A stretch of DNA of 32,238 nt, taken from a virus (lineage: Duplodnaviria > Caudoviricetes). The stretch lies in IMG/VR virus record IMGVR_UViG_3300048598_000575, positions 1 to 32,238 of that record. One strand, 5' to 3'. Both the position numbers and the translations under genes were made by a program. Shown here piece after piece: positions 7,882 to 15,801 of this stretch. The notes under the pieces are model-generated. The model saw nothing but the letters and a program-made list of their open reading frames with translations, did no database searches and was not told the origin of the DNA. Numbering within the stretch: position 1 is the first letter of the stretch; each line of letters starts with the position of its first letter.

Positions 7882-8628
7882 ATGGCAATCGTTGCGGTGA
7901 TCAATCAAAAGGGCGGAGTCGGAAAAACGACGACGGCGGTAACGCTGGCGCATGGGCTGGTGCTAGACTGCGGCAAACGAGTTTTGCTCGTCGACCTGGA
8001 TACCCAGGGCAACGCGGCGGACGCGCTGGGGGTCGGAAAAAATGGAGCGCTCATGGAGTGGCTGATGCTGGAGCGGGACATCGCTGACGTGGCCATCGAG
8101 GCGCGGCCGAACCTCAACCTGATCCGGTCGGACAAATCTACAGTACGTCTCAAGGTATCACTGGCGGGGATGGATTTTCGTGAGCGGGTCCTAAGCAGGG
8201 CGCTGCGTGGGTATGAGCGGGAGTATGAGACGGTGGTGATGGACTGCGCTCCCTCGGTGGATGTGCTGCAGATCGCGGCGCTGATGGCGGCCGACCTGGT
8301 GATCATCCCGACCAAACTGGACCAGTTTTCGGTGGCTGGGGTGGTGGACACGATCAAAAGCCTGCGCACGGTGCAGGATGAGGCCGGGGCGCGCGCCAAA
8401 CTGGCGGGGATCGTGCCGACGTTTTACGACCGCGTGACGAGTGAGTCGCACGGCCAGCTCAAAGCGCTGGCGGGGGCGTTTGGCGCCTATGTGTGGCCAG
8501 CGGTGCCGCAGGATGTGAGCTGCCGGGAGGGGTCGCGGCTGGGAAAGACGGTCTGGGAGTATGGCCAGACCGGCAGGGCAGCAGGGGCGTATCGGGAAAT
8601 TTTGGACCGACTGGAAAAGATGTTGTAG
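7882..8628 (+). CDS. parA: ParA/Soj family ATPase
   Basis: NQKGGVGKTT, VLLVDLDTQGNA, VVMDCAP, ALMAADLVIIP. Confidence 0.95.
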   Translation: MAIVAVINQKGGVGKTTTAVTLAHGLVLDCGKRVLLVDLDTQGNAADALGVGKNGALMEWLMLERDIADVAIEARPNLNLIRSDKSTVRLKVSLAGMDFRERVLSRALRGYEREYETVVMDCAPSVDVLQIAALMAADLVIIPTKLDQFSVAGVVDTIKSLRTVQDEAGARAKLAGIVPTFYDRVTSESHGQLKALAGAFGAYVWPAVPQDVSCREGSRLGKTVWEYGQTGRAAGAYREILDRLEKML

Positions 8629-8637
8629 GAGGTAAAA

Positions 8638-9075
8638 ATGGCGAAAGACGCAAAAGGTTTTTTGGACCCATCGGTGGCAGAGCTCTTAGGTGCTGGAGAG
8701 CGGCGCAGCGAGGAGCGAGCGCTGCCACGGGCGGAACGGAGCAAAGTGAAAAAGCGCCGGGCGCAGCAGGATGAGCGCAACGGACGGAGGGCAGTGTATG
8801 ACCTGGCGCCGGAGCTGATCCACCAGGTGGGTGAGCTGGCGCGGGAGCAGGGGACGACGGCGTCGATGGTGGCAGGGATCCTGATCCCGTATGCGCTGCA
8901 GGCGATCGAGCGCGGAGATCTAGATCTCGGGGAGTACCGGCGGCTGCTGGTGCGCAATCCGCGGTATGAGGCGGAGCTGGTATGGGAGGATAAAAATGAT
9001 GGGCTACAAAGGTGTGGCGGTGAAAGGGATGGTGAAAAATGTGTGAATATGAAAAGAAGATCAATGAAAAACTAG
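8638..9075 (+). CDS. Putative ParA partner (disordered basic N-terminus plus RHH-like domain)
   Basis: Directly after parA with an AGGAGGT SD. RRAVYDLAPELIHQVGELAREQGTTASMVAGILI is RHH-like. Confidence 0.6.
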   Translation: MAKDAKGFLDPSVAELLGAGERRSEERALPRAERSKVKKRRAQQDERNGRRAVYDLAPELIHQVGELAREQGTTASMVAGILIPYALQAIERGDLDLGEYRRLLVRNPRYEAELVWEDKNDGLQRCGGERDGEKCVNMKRRSMKN

Positions 9076-9245
9076 CAAAACTTAATTTGAGATTATCAGT
9101 CGATCTGGTGATTGGTGAAAACAGAATTTTAACAAGAATCCCTCTTCGAAAGCCAAAAAAAACGCGGGGAAAAACCAAACCATATCTTCCCCATCTACTG
9201 CCCATTTTGCGGCGAAAAATATCCAGATCTGAACTCGAACGATGA
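9039..9245 (+). CDS. Hypothetical basic protein
   Basis: 68-aa ORF in operon orientation; AT-rich. Confidence 0.4.
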   Translation: MCEYEKKINEKLAKLNLRLSVDLVIGENRILTRIPLRKPKKTRGKTKPYLPHLLPILRRKISRSELER

Positions 9246-9295
9246 AAATGCGGAAGCTGGTATGAAAACCGCCAATAGCATCGAGGAGGAAAATA

Positions 9296-9661
9296 ATGAG
9301 TGAGCAAAAGAAATTAGAAAATATTAAACCGTGCCCATTTTGCGGCGAAGAACCCATAACAAGGACAATCGATGGAGAGGTCCGCGTATATCATGTTGAT
9401 CAGGGATGCCCTATGTCAGCAGGGTGGACAACATTAGAGATTTGGCAAAAGAGACCGCTGGAAGATAAGCTGACGGAAATCAACCCGCGAGCGATGAAAC
9501 TGCTTCGGGCCAAAAAACCATTATTAGTGGTGTCTGAGACCGAGAGCTATTATCTCGTTGTGTATAACATGATCCGCAATAATGAAAAAATGGCAGGCAC
9601 CTGGACAGAGGAAGATGAGAGCCGGTATCAGGCGGCGGTCGAGAAATGGAACCGAGAATGA
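9296..9661 (+). CDS. Lar (restriction alleviation)-like zinc-ribbon protein
   Basis: KPCPFCG motif and W..R motif (WQKR); GAGGAGG SD. Confidence 0.65.
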   Translation: MSEQKKLENIKPCPFCGEEPITRTIDGEVRVYHVDQGCPMSAGWTTLEIWQKRPLEDKLTEINPRAMKLLRAKKPLLVVSETESYYLVVYNMIRNNEKMAGTWTEEDESRYQAAVEKWNRE

Positions 9662-9846
9662 CAGACGAAAAACAGATCGACCCGGAACTGATTGAGCGGG
9701 CAAAAGCGCTGATCCAACCGGTAACGCGACAGGTCTACCTGACGCAACTGCAGCGGGAGCTGCACGTGTCATTTTATCTGGCGCTCGACATCCGCAACGA
9801 GCTGGAGCGGTTAGGGCTGGTGACGGTGCCGAAGAAAAACGGATAA
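9658..9846 (+). CDS. Stand-alone FtsK gamma-domain-like winged-helix protein
   Basis: DPELIERAKALI..VYLTQLQRELHVSFYLALDIRNELERLGLVTVPKKNG aligns by eye with FtsK-gamma (DPLF.QA...QR.F.IGY.RA.RI...E..GIV....NG); ATGA-coupled start. Confidence 0.75.
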   Translation: MTDEKQIDPELIERAKALIQPVTRQVYLTQLQRELHVSFYLALDIRNELERLGLVTVPKKNG

Positions 9847-9855
9847 ACCTCGCCT

Positions 9856-9950
9856 ATGCGGTACCGCTTACATATATATAGCGGTACCGCATGGAAAACA
9901 CGCAGGTACCGACGTGCGGTACCGTATCAATTAACCAAACGGTACCGCAT
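9856..9950. repeat. Array of five (GC)GGTACC(GC) palindromes, candidate parS centromere
   Basis: GGTACC at 9860, 9883, 9905, 9918, 9941 in intergenic DNA. The first two lie within a perfect inverted repeat ATGCGGTACCGCT-N11-AGCGGTACCGCAT. Confidence 0.7.
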
Positions 9951-10039
9951 AACAAACGCAAACGCGCCACAAATGGCGTAATGGAACGAAAACGATGATC
10001 TATAGCGCGAGGTAGAAAATCCGCGGGAAAGGGCAAAAG

Positions 10040-10396
10040 ATGAACGGCGAAGAGAGTATCCAAACAGCGGTAAAAATCCTCGATGGACTGATGCGGGAAT
10101 ATCGAGGGGTTGAAGCGTCAGATATCCCGGCACCGTACGACATGATCGGGCGGGCGCTGAAATATCTCGAGGAACGCGAGCAAAATGAGGAACCAGGAAA
10201 CATCCAGATCTATATGCAGGGGTCGGAAATGTGCAAACAGATCGTTGCCAGAAAGATCATGGATCTGATCGAGGACGAAGATCTGATCCCCGAGTCCGTG
10301 AAGAATTTCCACCTGGAGATAGTTTCCGACATTGAACCAGATGAGGATGGCTGGGGAGATGATGACCTGGAAATGGGAGACGATGACGATGAGTAG
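10040..10396 (+). CDS. Hypothetical acidic protein
   Basis: 118 aa with a very acidic C-terminus. Confidence 0.7.
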   Translation: MNGEESIQTAVKILDGLMREYRGVEASDIPAPYDMIGRALKYLEEREQNEEPGNIQIYMQGSEMCKQIVARKIMDLIEDEDLIPESVKNFHLEIVSDIEPDEDGWGDDDLEMGDDDDE

Positions 10397-10631
10397 AGGT
10401 CCGTGGAGTGAGGATGCGATGCGCAGCAAACGCTCGGAAGGGGAGCGGATAGCACTGATCATATCGGCGCTTGAAGAATTGCCGGTGGAAGAGCGCCAGA
10501 AAATTGACCGGATGGCTGACCAGCTGGTGGTGGCGATGCACGCCATCCGCCCGAAAATGCAGTTTAGCCGGTTAATGGCGCTCGAGACACTATGGGCGAT
10601 CGGGCACGCGATGAACGGAGGTGCGGCATGA
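10389..10631 (+). CDS. Hypothetical protein
   Basis: GGGAG SD; overlaps both neighbours. Confidence 0.65.
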   Translation: MSRGPWSEDAMRSKRSEGERIALIISALEELPVEERQKIDRMADQLVVAMHAIRPKMQFSRLMALETLWAIGHAMNGGAA

Positions 10632-10834
10632 GCGAGAGTATCGGGAGTGTGGCACACATCCACCTGTGTGACATGCGGGCGCGGGAGTTGTTTGCGCGCG
10701 GTGACCAGGTGGAGGTGATCGACCGTCCGCTATCGGGCAGGGTGGTACGGTTTGACCCTGACCGGCGGCTGGCGCTGGTGGATACGGCGTTGGGCAACAA
10801 ATGGTTTTACCTAAAAGATTTGAGGAGACTGTAG
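10628..10834 (+). CDS. Hypothetical small beta-barrel-like protein
   Basis: GGAGGT SD, ATGA overlap; FARGDQVEV..GRVV pattern. Confidence 0.65.
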   Translation: MSESIGSVAHIHLCDMRARELFARGDQVEVIDRPLSGRVVRFDPDRRLALVDTALGNKWFYLKDLRRL

Positions 10835-10842
10835 GAGGATCT

Positions 10843-11397
10843 ATGGACACCCAGATCGCACTGGATGAGGTCGTGCTGGAGGACCTGATCACCTCGAGAG
10901 GGCTGCGGACGGTGCATATCATGCAGCATGGACGTCCGCGGAACGATTTTGCGTGGGCGCAAAAGTGGATCGAGGCGCGGGTGCCTGATCATGCGCGCGA
11001 GTTTGTGACCTGGTACGTGCAGCCTGATGCCAACCAGGCGCTGGACTACTGGCATTTGAGCGTGTGGTGGAACGCGCGTCAGATGGTGGAGTTTGTGCCA
11101 GGGCGCTGGGCAGGGGCGGCGCTGCGCTATGGCGTGCTGTGGTATATCCCGCAAGGCAAAGAAACGGTATCGTTTGCAGTTGATGTGGCGGCGACGCTGT
11201 ACCGGGTAGCGACTGGGCGAGTGGCGACACATGCCTGGCTGCGGGATGAGCCGGTGAGCAAACGAGATAGAGTACAGACGCAGGATGGGCCGGTGGTGCT
11301 GGCGACCGGGTGTACCTGGGTGCCGCAGCGCTATGTGGTAGTGGGGATCCCGCAGGAGACGTGGGATGCGAAGATCATAGGAGGTCGGTATGAGTGA
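10843..11397 (+). CDS. Hypothetical protein
   Basis: AGGAGG SD before the ATG at 10843. Confidence 0.75.
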   Translation: MDTQIALDEVVLEDLITSRGLRTVHIMQHGRPRNDFAWAQKWIEARVPDHAREFVTWYVQPDANQALDYWHLSVWWNARQMVEFVPGRWAGAALRYGVLWYIPQGKETVSFAVDVAATLYRVATGRVATHAWLRDEPVSKRDRVQTQDGPVVLATGCTWVPQRYVVVGIPQETWDAKIIGGRYE

Positions 11398-12109
11398 GGG
11401 TGATATGACCACGAAAAACACGAAAATCACGAAAGAGCGGCCGATTTTGTATGGCGGGGAGATGATCCGGGCGATCCTCGATGGGCGTAAAACGCAGACG
11501 CGGAGGATCATCGCGCTTAGAGATTTTCGACCATGCAATAATATTCTTGGGTCAGACTGGTATTTTCGGGCCAAAAACGGGATCTGGAGCGATGTATCTA
11601 CGGAGCGGTTAATCGCAAAATATTGCCCCTATGGTAAGCCAGGTGATCGGTTGTGGGTAAGAGAAACATTTGTGCTGGAGAAATATATATGGCAATCGGT
11701 TGGAGATGAGGAGATCCTCCATCTACCGACTGACCGACCGTATGATCATCATCCCGCTATCAGCAATGATGATGAGTACTGGCTTATCCCTCACTATCGA
11801 GCTACAGATCCGACGCCGGATTTGGCGTATGAGGGTGTCGATCAGCCAACATGCCGCTGGAGGCCATCGATTTTTATGCCGCGCTGGGCGAGCCGGATCA
11901 AACAACTGATCACCAACATCAGGGTCGAGCGGGTGCAGGACATCACCGAGGAGGATGCGGTCAAAGAGGGATTTGTCTATGAGTACCCGGTAACGGCGCG
12001 GACCGCATTTTTGACGTATTTTGATCAGCATAGCAATAATCAAAAATCCAACCGAAATCCGCGAGTGTGGGTGATCGAAACTAAGCTTGAGGAGCCCGAC
12101 TATGGATGA
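11390..12109 (+). CDS. ASCH/PUA-like phage protein
   Basis: KERPIL...MIRAILDGRKTQTRR, CPYGKPGDRLWVRE, WRPSIFMPRWASRI, ERVQDITEEDAVKEG, NPRVWVI. Confidence 0.85.
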   Translation: MSEGDMTTKNTKITKERPILYGGEMIRAILDGRKTQTRRIIALRDFRPCNNILGSDWYFRAKNGIWSDVSTERLIAKYCPYGKPGDRLWVRETFVLEKYIWQSVGDEEILHLPTDRPYDHHPAISNDDEYWLIPHYRATDPTPDLAYEGVDQPTCRWRPSIFMPRWASRIKQLITNIRVERVQDITEEDAVKEGFVYEYPVTARTAFLTYFDQHSNNQKSNRNPRVWVIETKLEEPDYG

Positions 12110-12590
12110 GATCGTCTATGCGGTTTATTCGCATTTTATGGCGCCGCCGCTGAGCGAGGAGCAACTCGAAACCTATGGCTGCCTGCTGCCTTGGCTGCGG
12201 AGAGAGCAAACCGTGGTGATCCTATCGCCAGAGCCGGGGACCGCGCAGATGGAGGAGGGATGGAAAGTGGTCGCCTGGCCGGGAGCGGGAAAAAATCAAG
12301 GGGAACGAGGAGAAACGATGAACGAAATATTTGAATGGAAATGTAAAAACGGGCATGCTTTGGGGATCGTGCGCGAGACAGGCGCTCATCGCAAACAGCT
12401 CATCCTTTATCGCCAGGCCATCGATGCGCAGAAGCAAAAACCGGAGAACGTCGATGTGATCGCAGTCGTGGATAGCGCGATTGACATCCGCTGTAGCATC
12501 TGCGGGGCGCTGCGTACCTGGGCGCCCTCTCAGGCAGCCTACGAAAAGCTCATGAGCCACTATAATGTTCCGATTCAATCGATTGATTAA
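12102..12590 (+). CDS. Hypothetical protein with C-terminal zinc ribbon (Com-like); likely second start at 12318
   Basis: CKNGH...IRCSICG. An in-frame GAGGAG-N5-ATG lies at 12318. Confidence 0.65.
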   Translation: MDEIVYAVYSHFMAPPLSEEQLETYGCLLPWLRREQTVVILSPEPGTAQMEEGWKVVAWPGAGKNQGERGETMNEIFEWKCKNGHALGIVRETGAHRKQLILYRQAIDAQKQKPENVDVIAVVDSAIDIRCSICGALRTWAPSQAAYEKLMSHYNVPIQSID

Positions 12591-12641
12591 GTTAACTGAT
12601 TGAAATTAATGATTGAAATGGATGATTAAATTTGCTATACT
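12571..12641 (+). promoter_or_regulatory. Late promoter with 13-bp-periodic GATT repeats
   Basis: TTGAAA (12613-12618), 17 nt, TATACT (12636-12641) with extended TG. GATT at 12572, 12585, 12598, 12611, 12624. Confidence 0.75.
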
Positions 12642-12685
12642 ATAAAAGCTGATCGGTGTATCTGATCCGATCCAGACAGAGATGA

Positions 12686-12726
12686 GCGCCTGTCACGGAC
12701 TATCCGTGACGGGCGTTTTTTTATTT
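12686..12726 (+). terminator. Intrinsic terminator/attenuator in the late leader
   Basis: GCGCCTGTCACGGA-cta-TCCGTGACGGGCGT followed by TTTTTTATTT. Confidence 0.85.
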
Positions 12727-12756
12727 AACCTGCGGGTGACCGCAAAAGGAGCTGAG

Positions 12757-13206
12757 ATGCAAAAGTTTTTGAACTGGTTATGGTTAGTTTTGCGCTGGCT
12801 GGGGACCGGGTTGGTCATCCTCGTGATTGTGGTGGGTTTTTTGCTCACGATCAATCGTATTCTGCCGCCGGATGCACAGATCACCATCGACGTGCTGATG
12901 GCGATTGCCGGGGCAGCACTTTCGATCAGTTTTAAGTTTTTGCCCTGGCTACGGGTCAAATTTGCGAAATTGGCCAGTGGCAACAAAGCGCTCATCAACC
13001 TGGTATCAGTAGCCATCATGGCTGTCATCATATATGCGATGGTATGCAGCAAGGTGGTATTGGCATTGCCAGGTATCGAGTGCACACGATTATCAATGCA
13101 GACCATGGCGCTCAACATCTTTTGGGGACTGGTTGCCAACCAAACGACCTACGTGGCCACCACCAAACCAGCGGATGTCATCGCCGCGGAAGCTACCCGA
13201 GAGTAG
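12757..13206 (+). CDS. Multi-pass membrane protein, holin candidate
   Basis: Three to four hydrophobic segments; AAGGAG SD; first late gene. Confidence 0.6.
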   Translation: MQKFLNWLWLVLRWLGTGLVILVIVVGFLLTINRILPPDAQITIDVLMAIAGAALSISFKFLPWLRVKFAKLASGNKALINLVSVAIMAVIIYAMVCSKVVLALPGIECTRLSMQTMALNIFWGLVANQTTYVATTKPADVIAAEATRE

Positions 13207-13209
13207 CGC

Positions 13210-13563
13210 ATGGACCCATCCACTGCGGCAAGCATACCCCTGACCGCCTGGCAACAGGCGGCCGTGATCATCATTTTTACACTGTTTTTAGGCGGTGTTT
13301 TTGCGTTTGTGCGTTGGCTGCTGGGATGGACCTCGCGCCAACAGGCAACCTGGCAAAAATACTCATCGGAGCAGAGCAAACAGTGGCGCGAGTGGATGGA
13401 CGAGCAGCGTGAAAAAGAGCGCGAATCCATGACCGGCGTCGCTGAAGCGCTCAAAGAGCTGGGAAAAAAGATCGACATCCAGAACCAAAAAATCGATGCA
13501 CATGACCAAAAAGTCGATGATCGCATCGAGCGAGTACGCGGAGCACGGAGAGCTGCAAAATGA
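13210..13563 (+). CDS. Single-pass membrane protein with coiled coil, holin/antiholin candidate
   Basis: TM segment AAVIIIFTLFLGGVFAFV followed by a charged coiled coil. Confidence 0.6.
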   Translation: MDPSTAASIPLTAWQQAAVIIIFTLFLGGVFAFVRWLLGWTSRQQATWQKYSSEQSKQWREWMDEQREKERESMTGVAEALKELGKKIDIQNQKIDAHDQKVDDRIERVRGARRAAK

Positions 13564-14255
13564 TTGACCTAGAAAAACTCACGGCGAGCAACATCATCCA
13601 ACTGGCGCTCGATCTCGATATCGATGATCGGGCGATGAGCGATGACGCATTTGTATCGCCGGAGGAGGCGCAGAGACGCTCTATGCTGGCCAAAAGCGCA
13701 TTCGAGGTTGCGATCAAGCGAGACGAGGATTTGATCCGGGATGCGATCCAAAAATATCCACGGCAGCTAAGCCAAAACGAGTTAACTCTAGCCACGATAT
13801 TGCCAAAGGGATCAGTCAGCTGGTCAGCCGACTATTACGTGCTGATCGATGCTGGTTGGCCGTGGCGGATCGCTGTCTACATTGCCTGGGCCTGCTGCCC
13901 ACGCAAAGAGCGCTACCCATGCACCCAGGAGGAGCTGGCGACCAAACATCTAGGGTTGACCAGTGACCGACAGGTCACAAAATGGGCAGCCAACCCGGCT
14001 GTGCGCGAAATGATTGGTATTTTGCAGGCGGCCCCGCTTATGGAAAATCGGCGGGACGTTTTTGCGGCGCTAGCAAAAAGCGCGTCCGACCCCAGTTTTC
14101 ACGGAGCAGCGGACCGCAAAACTTTTCTTACAATGACCGGCGATTACATACCTCATCAAAAAGTGGATATCAGCCCAGAAAAGGTTGATCCAGTTGAGTT
14201 GACAGAGGCGGAACTGGCAAAAGTTGAAAAGAGGAGCCATGGCGATAGCCAGTAG
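13560..14255 (+). CDS. Probable terminase small subunit (HTH)
   Basis: TQEELATKHLGLTSDRQVTKW HTH; directly upstream of terL. Confidence 0.65.
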   Translation: MIDLEKLTASNIIQLALDLDIDDRAMSDDAFVSPEEAQRRSMLAKSAFEVAIKRDEDLIRDAIQKYPRQLSQNELTLATILPKGSVSWSADYYVLIDAGWPWRIAVYIAWACCPRKERYPCTQEELATKHLGLTSDRQVTKWAANPAVREMIGILQAAPLMENRRDVFAALAKSASDPSFHGAADRKTFLTMTGDYIPHQKVDISPEKVDPVELTEAELAKVEKRSHGDSQ

Positions 14256-15801
14256 CCGGATCGCAATTACGCCCCAGCAGGCGCATGAGGAGCGCGTCAA
14301 ACGCCAACAGGCCCGTGAGGATTATGTGGCTTTTCGGCATTACATGGAGCCGAAATATCGGGATGGCAAGCATAACCTGGTATTAGCGGCAAAACTCGAG
14401 CAAGTCTATGCGTATCTGGCCAGCGGCGGGAAAGAGGGAATCGGCAGGCTCATCGTTGAGATGCCCGCCCAATACGGCAAAACGACAGATATCTCACGCC
14501 TCTTCCCGGCTTACTGCATCGGGCGATTGCCCGATCTGCATATTGCCCTCACCGCTTATGGTGCCAATCTCTCAGATGCCAGCTCGGCAGCAGTGCGTAA
14601 CTATGTCACCTCGGAACGATTCTCCAACCTTTTTGGACCGAAAACCGCAGCGCTGATCGATGCACCAATCGAGGTATCGGATACCTCGGCCTCGAGATCA
14701 GACTGGGACCTGGGAGCACCGCATCATGGCGGATGCGTTAGCCGGGGCATTGGCGGTGGTCTCTCGGGCAAACCCGCCGATCTACTCATCATCGATGACC
14801 CGACCAAAGATATCGAGGAGGCGCGGTCAGAATCGCACCAGGCCAAGCTCAAAGATTGGTATGAGTCTGTTGCCTTCCAGCGTTTAAGCGAAGGCGGCGC
14901 CATCATCATCATCCATACCCGATGGGACCCCAATGATCTCATCGGTCAGCTGCTTAAAAAAATGGGCAGCGGAGATCCACGCGCGGAGCAGTGGAATGTA
15001 CTATATCTTCCCGCGCTGGCGCTCGAAGATGACCAGTATCCAAAAACGCAAAGTGAATTCGTCGAAAATCTCATTCGTGGCATCTATATCCCGATGGGGG
15101 GTGACGCGCTGGGACGTCAACCGGGTGAGGCACTGTGGCCCTGGAAATATTCTCGGGATTATATCGAGCGCAAAAAGGCCAACAGCTCAGCATACGTTTT
15201 TGCCGCTATGGACCAGCAACTACCCCGCTCCTTCAGCGGAGGCGTTTTTGATGACGCTGACATTGGCATTATCGAGCCGAGTGAGGTGCCAGATGGGCTA
15301 ACCTGGGTGGCTTATGTCGATGTAGCGTTGGGACGCAACAAAAGCAGTGACTATAACGCTGCATTAATTGAAACGCTTGATCCGCAAAGCGGAAATTTCG
15401 TTGCCCGCAACCTCATCCGCGAGCAGGAACTCAACCTATTTTTGCGCAAACTGCGTCTCGAGATGCTGCGGGCAGAAAATGCCAAAGTGATTTGGGGGTT
15501 GGAGGACGTCTCTTTCCAATCTCTGGCCTGGCAAAATTTTTGGAGGGACCCTGAGCTGGCGCTGGTGTCGATGGTCAACTTTGCGGTGCCGGAAGGCTCA
15601 AAAATGGACCGCGCGCTGAATCTGAGCCTGCGGGCCAAAGAAGGGCATTACAAACTGGTGCGTGGAACCTGGAATTTGCCGGTCATCCGGCAAATGACCG
15701 CATTCCCGCATGACAAACACGATGACATGGTCGACTCAGCCTCTGGAGGTCTGTATATGATCGCAAAATATGGCAAAAAAAGGGAGTCGAAAATTTGGTG
15801 A
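14239..15801 (+). CDS. terL: Terminase large subunit
   Basis: MPAQYGKT Walker A, LLIIDDP Walker B, HTRW...DL coupling motif, nuclease motifs DVA, SDY and FPHDKHDDMVDS. Confidence 0.95.
   Translation: MAIASSRIAITPQQAHEERVKRQQAREDYVAFRHYMEPKYRDGKHNLVLAAKLEQVYAYLASGGKEGIGRLIVEMPAQYGKTTDISRLFPAYCIGRLPDLHIALTAYGANLSDASSAAVRNYVTSERFSNLFGPKTAALIDAPIEVSDTSASRSDWDLGAPHHGGCVSRGIGGGLSGKPADLLIIDDPTKDIEEARSESHQAKLKDWYESVAFQRLSEGGAIIIIHTRWDPNDLIGQLLKKMGSGDPRAEQWNVLYLPALALEDDQYPKTQSEFVENLIRGIYIPMGGDALGRQPGEALWPWKYSRDYIERKKANSSAYVFAAMDQQLPRSFSGGVFDDADIGIIEPSEVPDGLTWVAYVDVALGRNKSSDYNAALIETLDPQSGNFVARNLIREQELNLFLRKLRLEMLRAENAKVIWGLEDVSFQSLAWQNFWRDPELALVSMVNFAVPEGSKMDRALNLSLRAKEGHYKLVRGTWNLPVIRQMTAFPHDKHDDMVDSASGGLYMIAKYGKKRESKIW

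Noticed and set aside
8459-9307. Long minus-strand ORFs (this one, 10807-11574, 24894-25703 and similar)
   Set aside because: They are shadows of well-supported + strand genes with low-complexity Pro/Arg/His-rich translations.
9856-9950. CRISPR array or protelomerase target
   Set aside because: The repeats are 6-13 bp palindromes with short spacers, there are no cas genes, and the recombinase is short and Xer-like rather than TelN-like.
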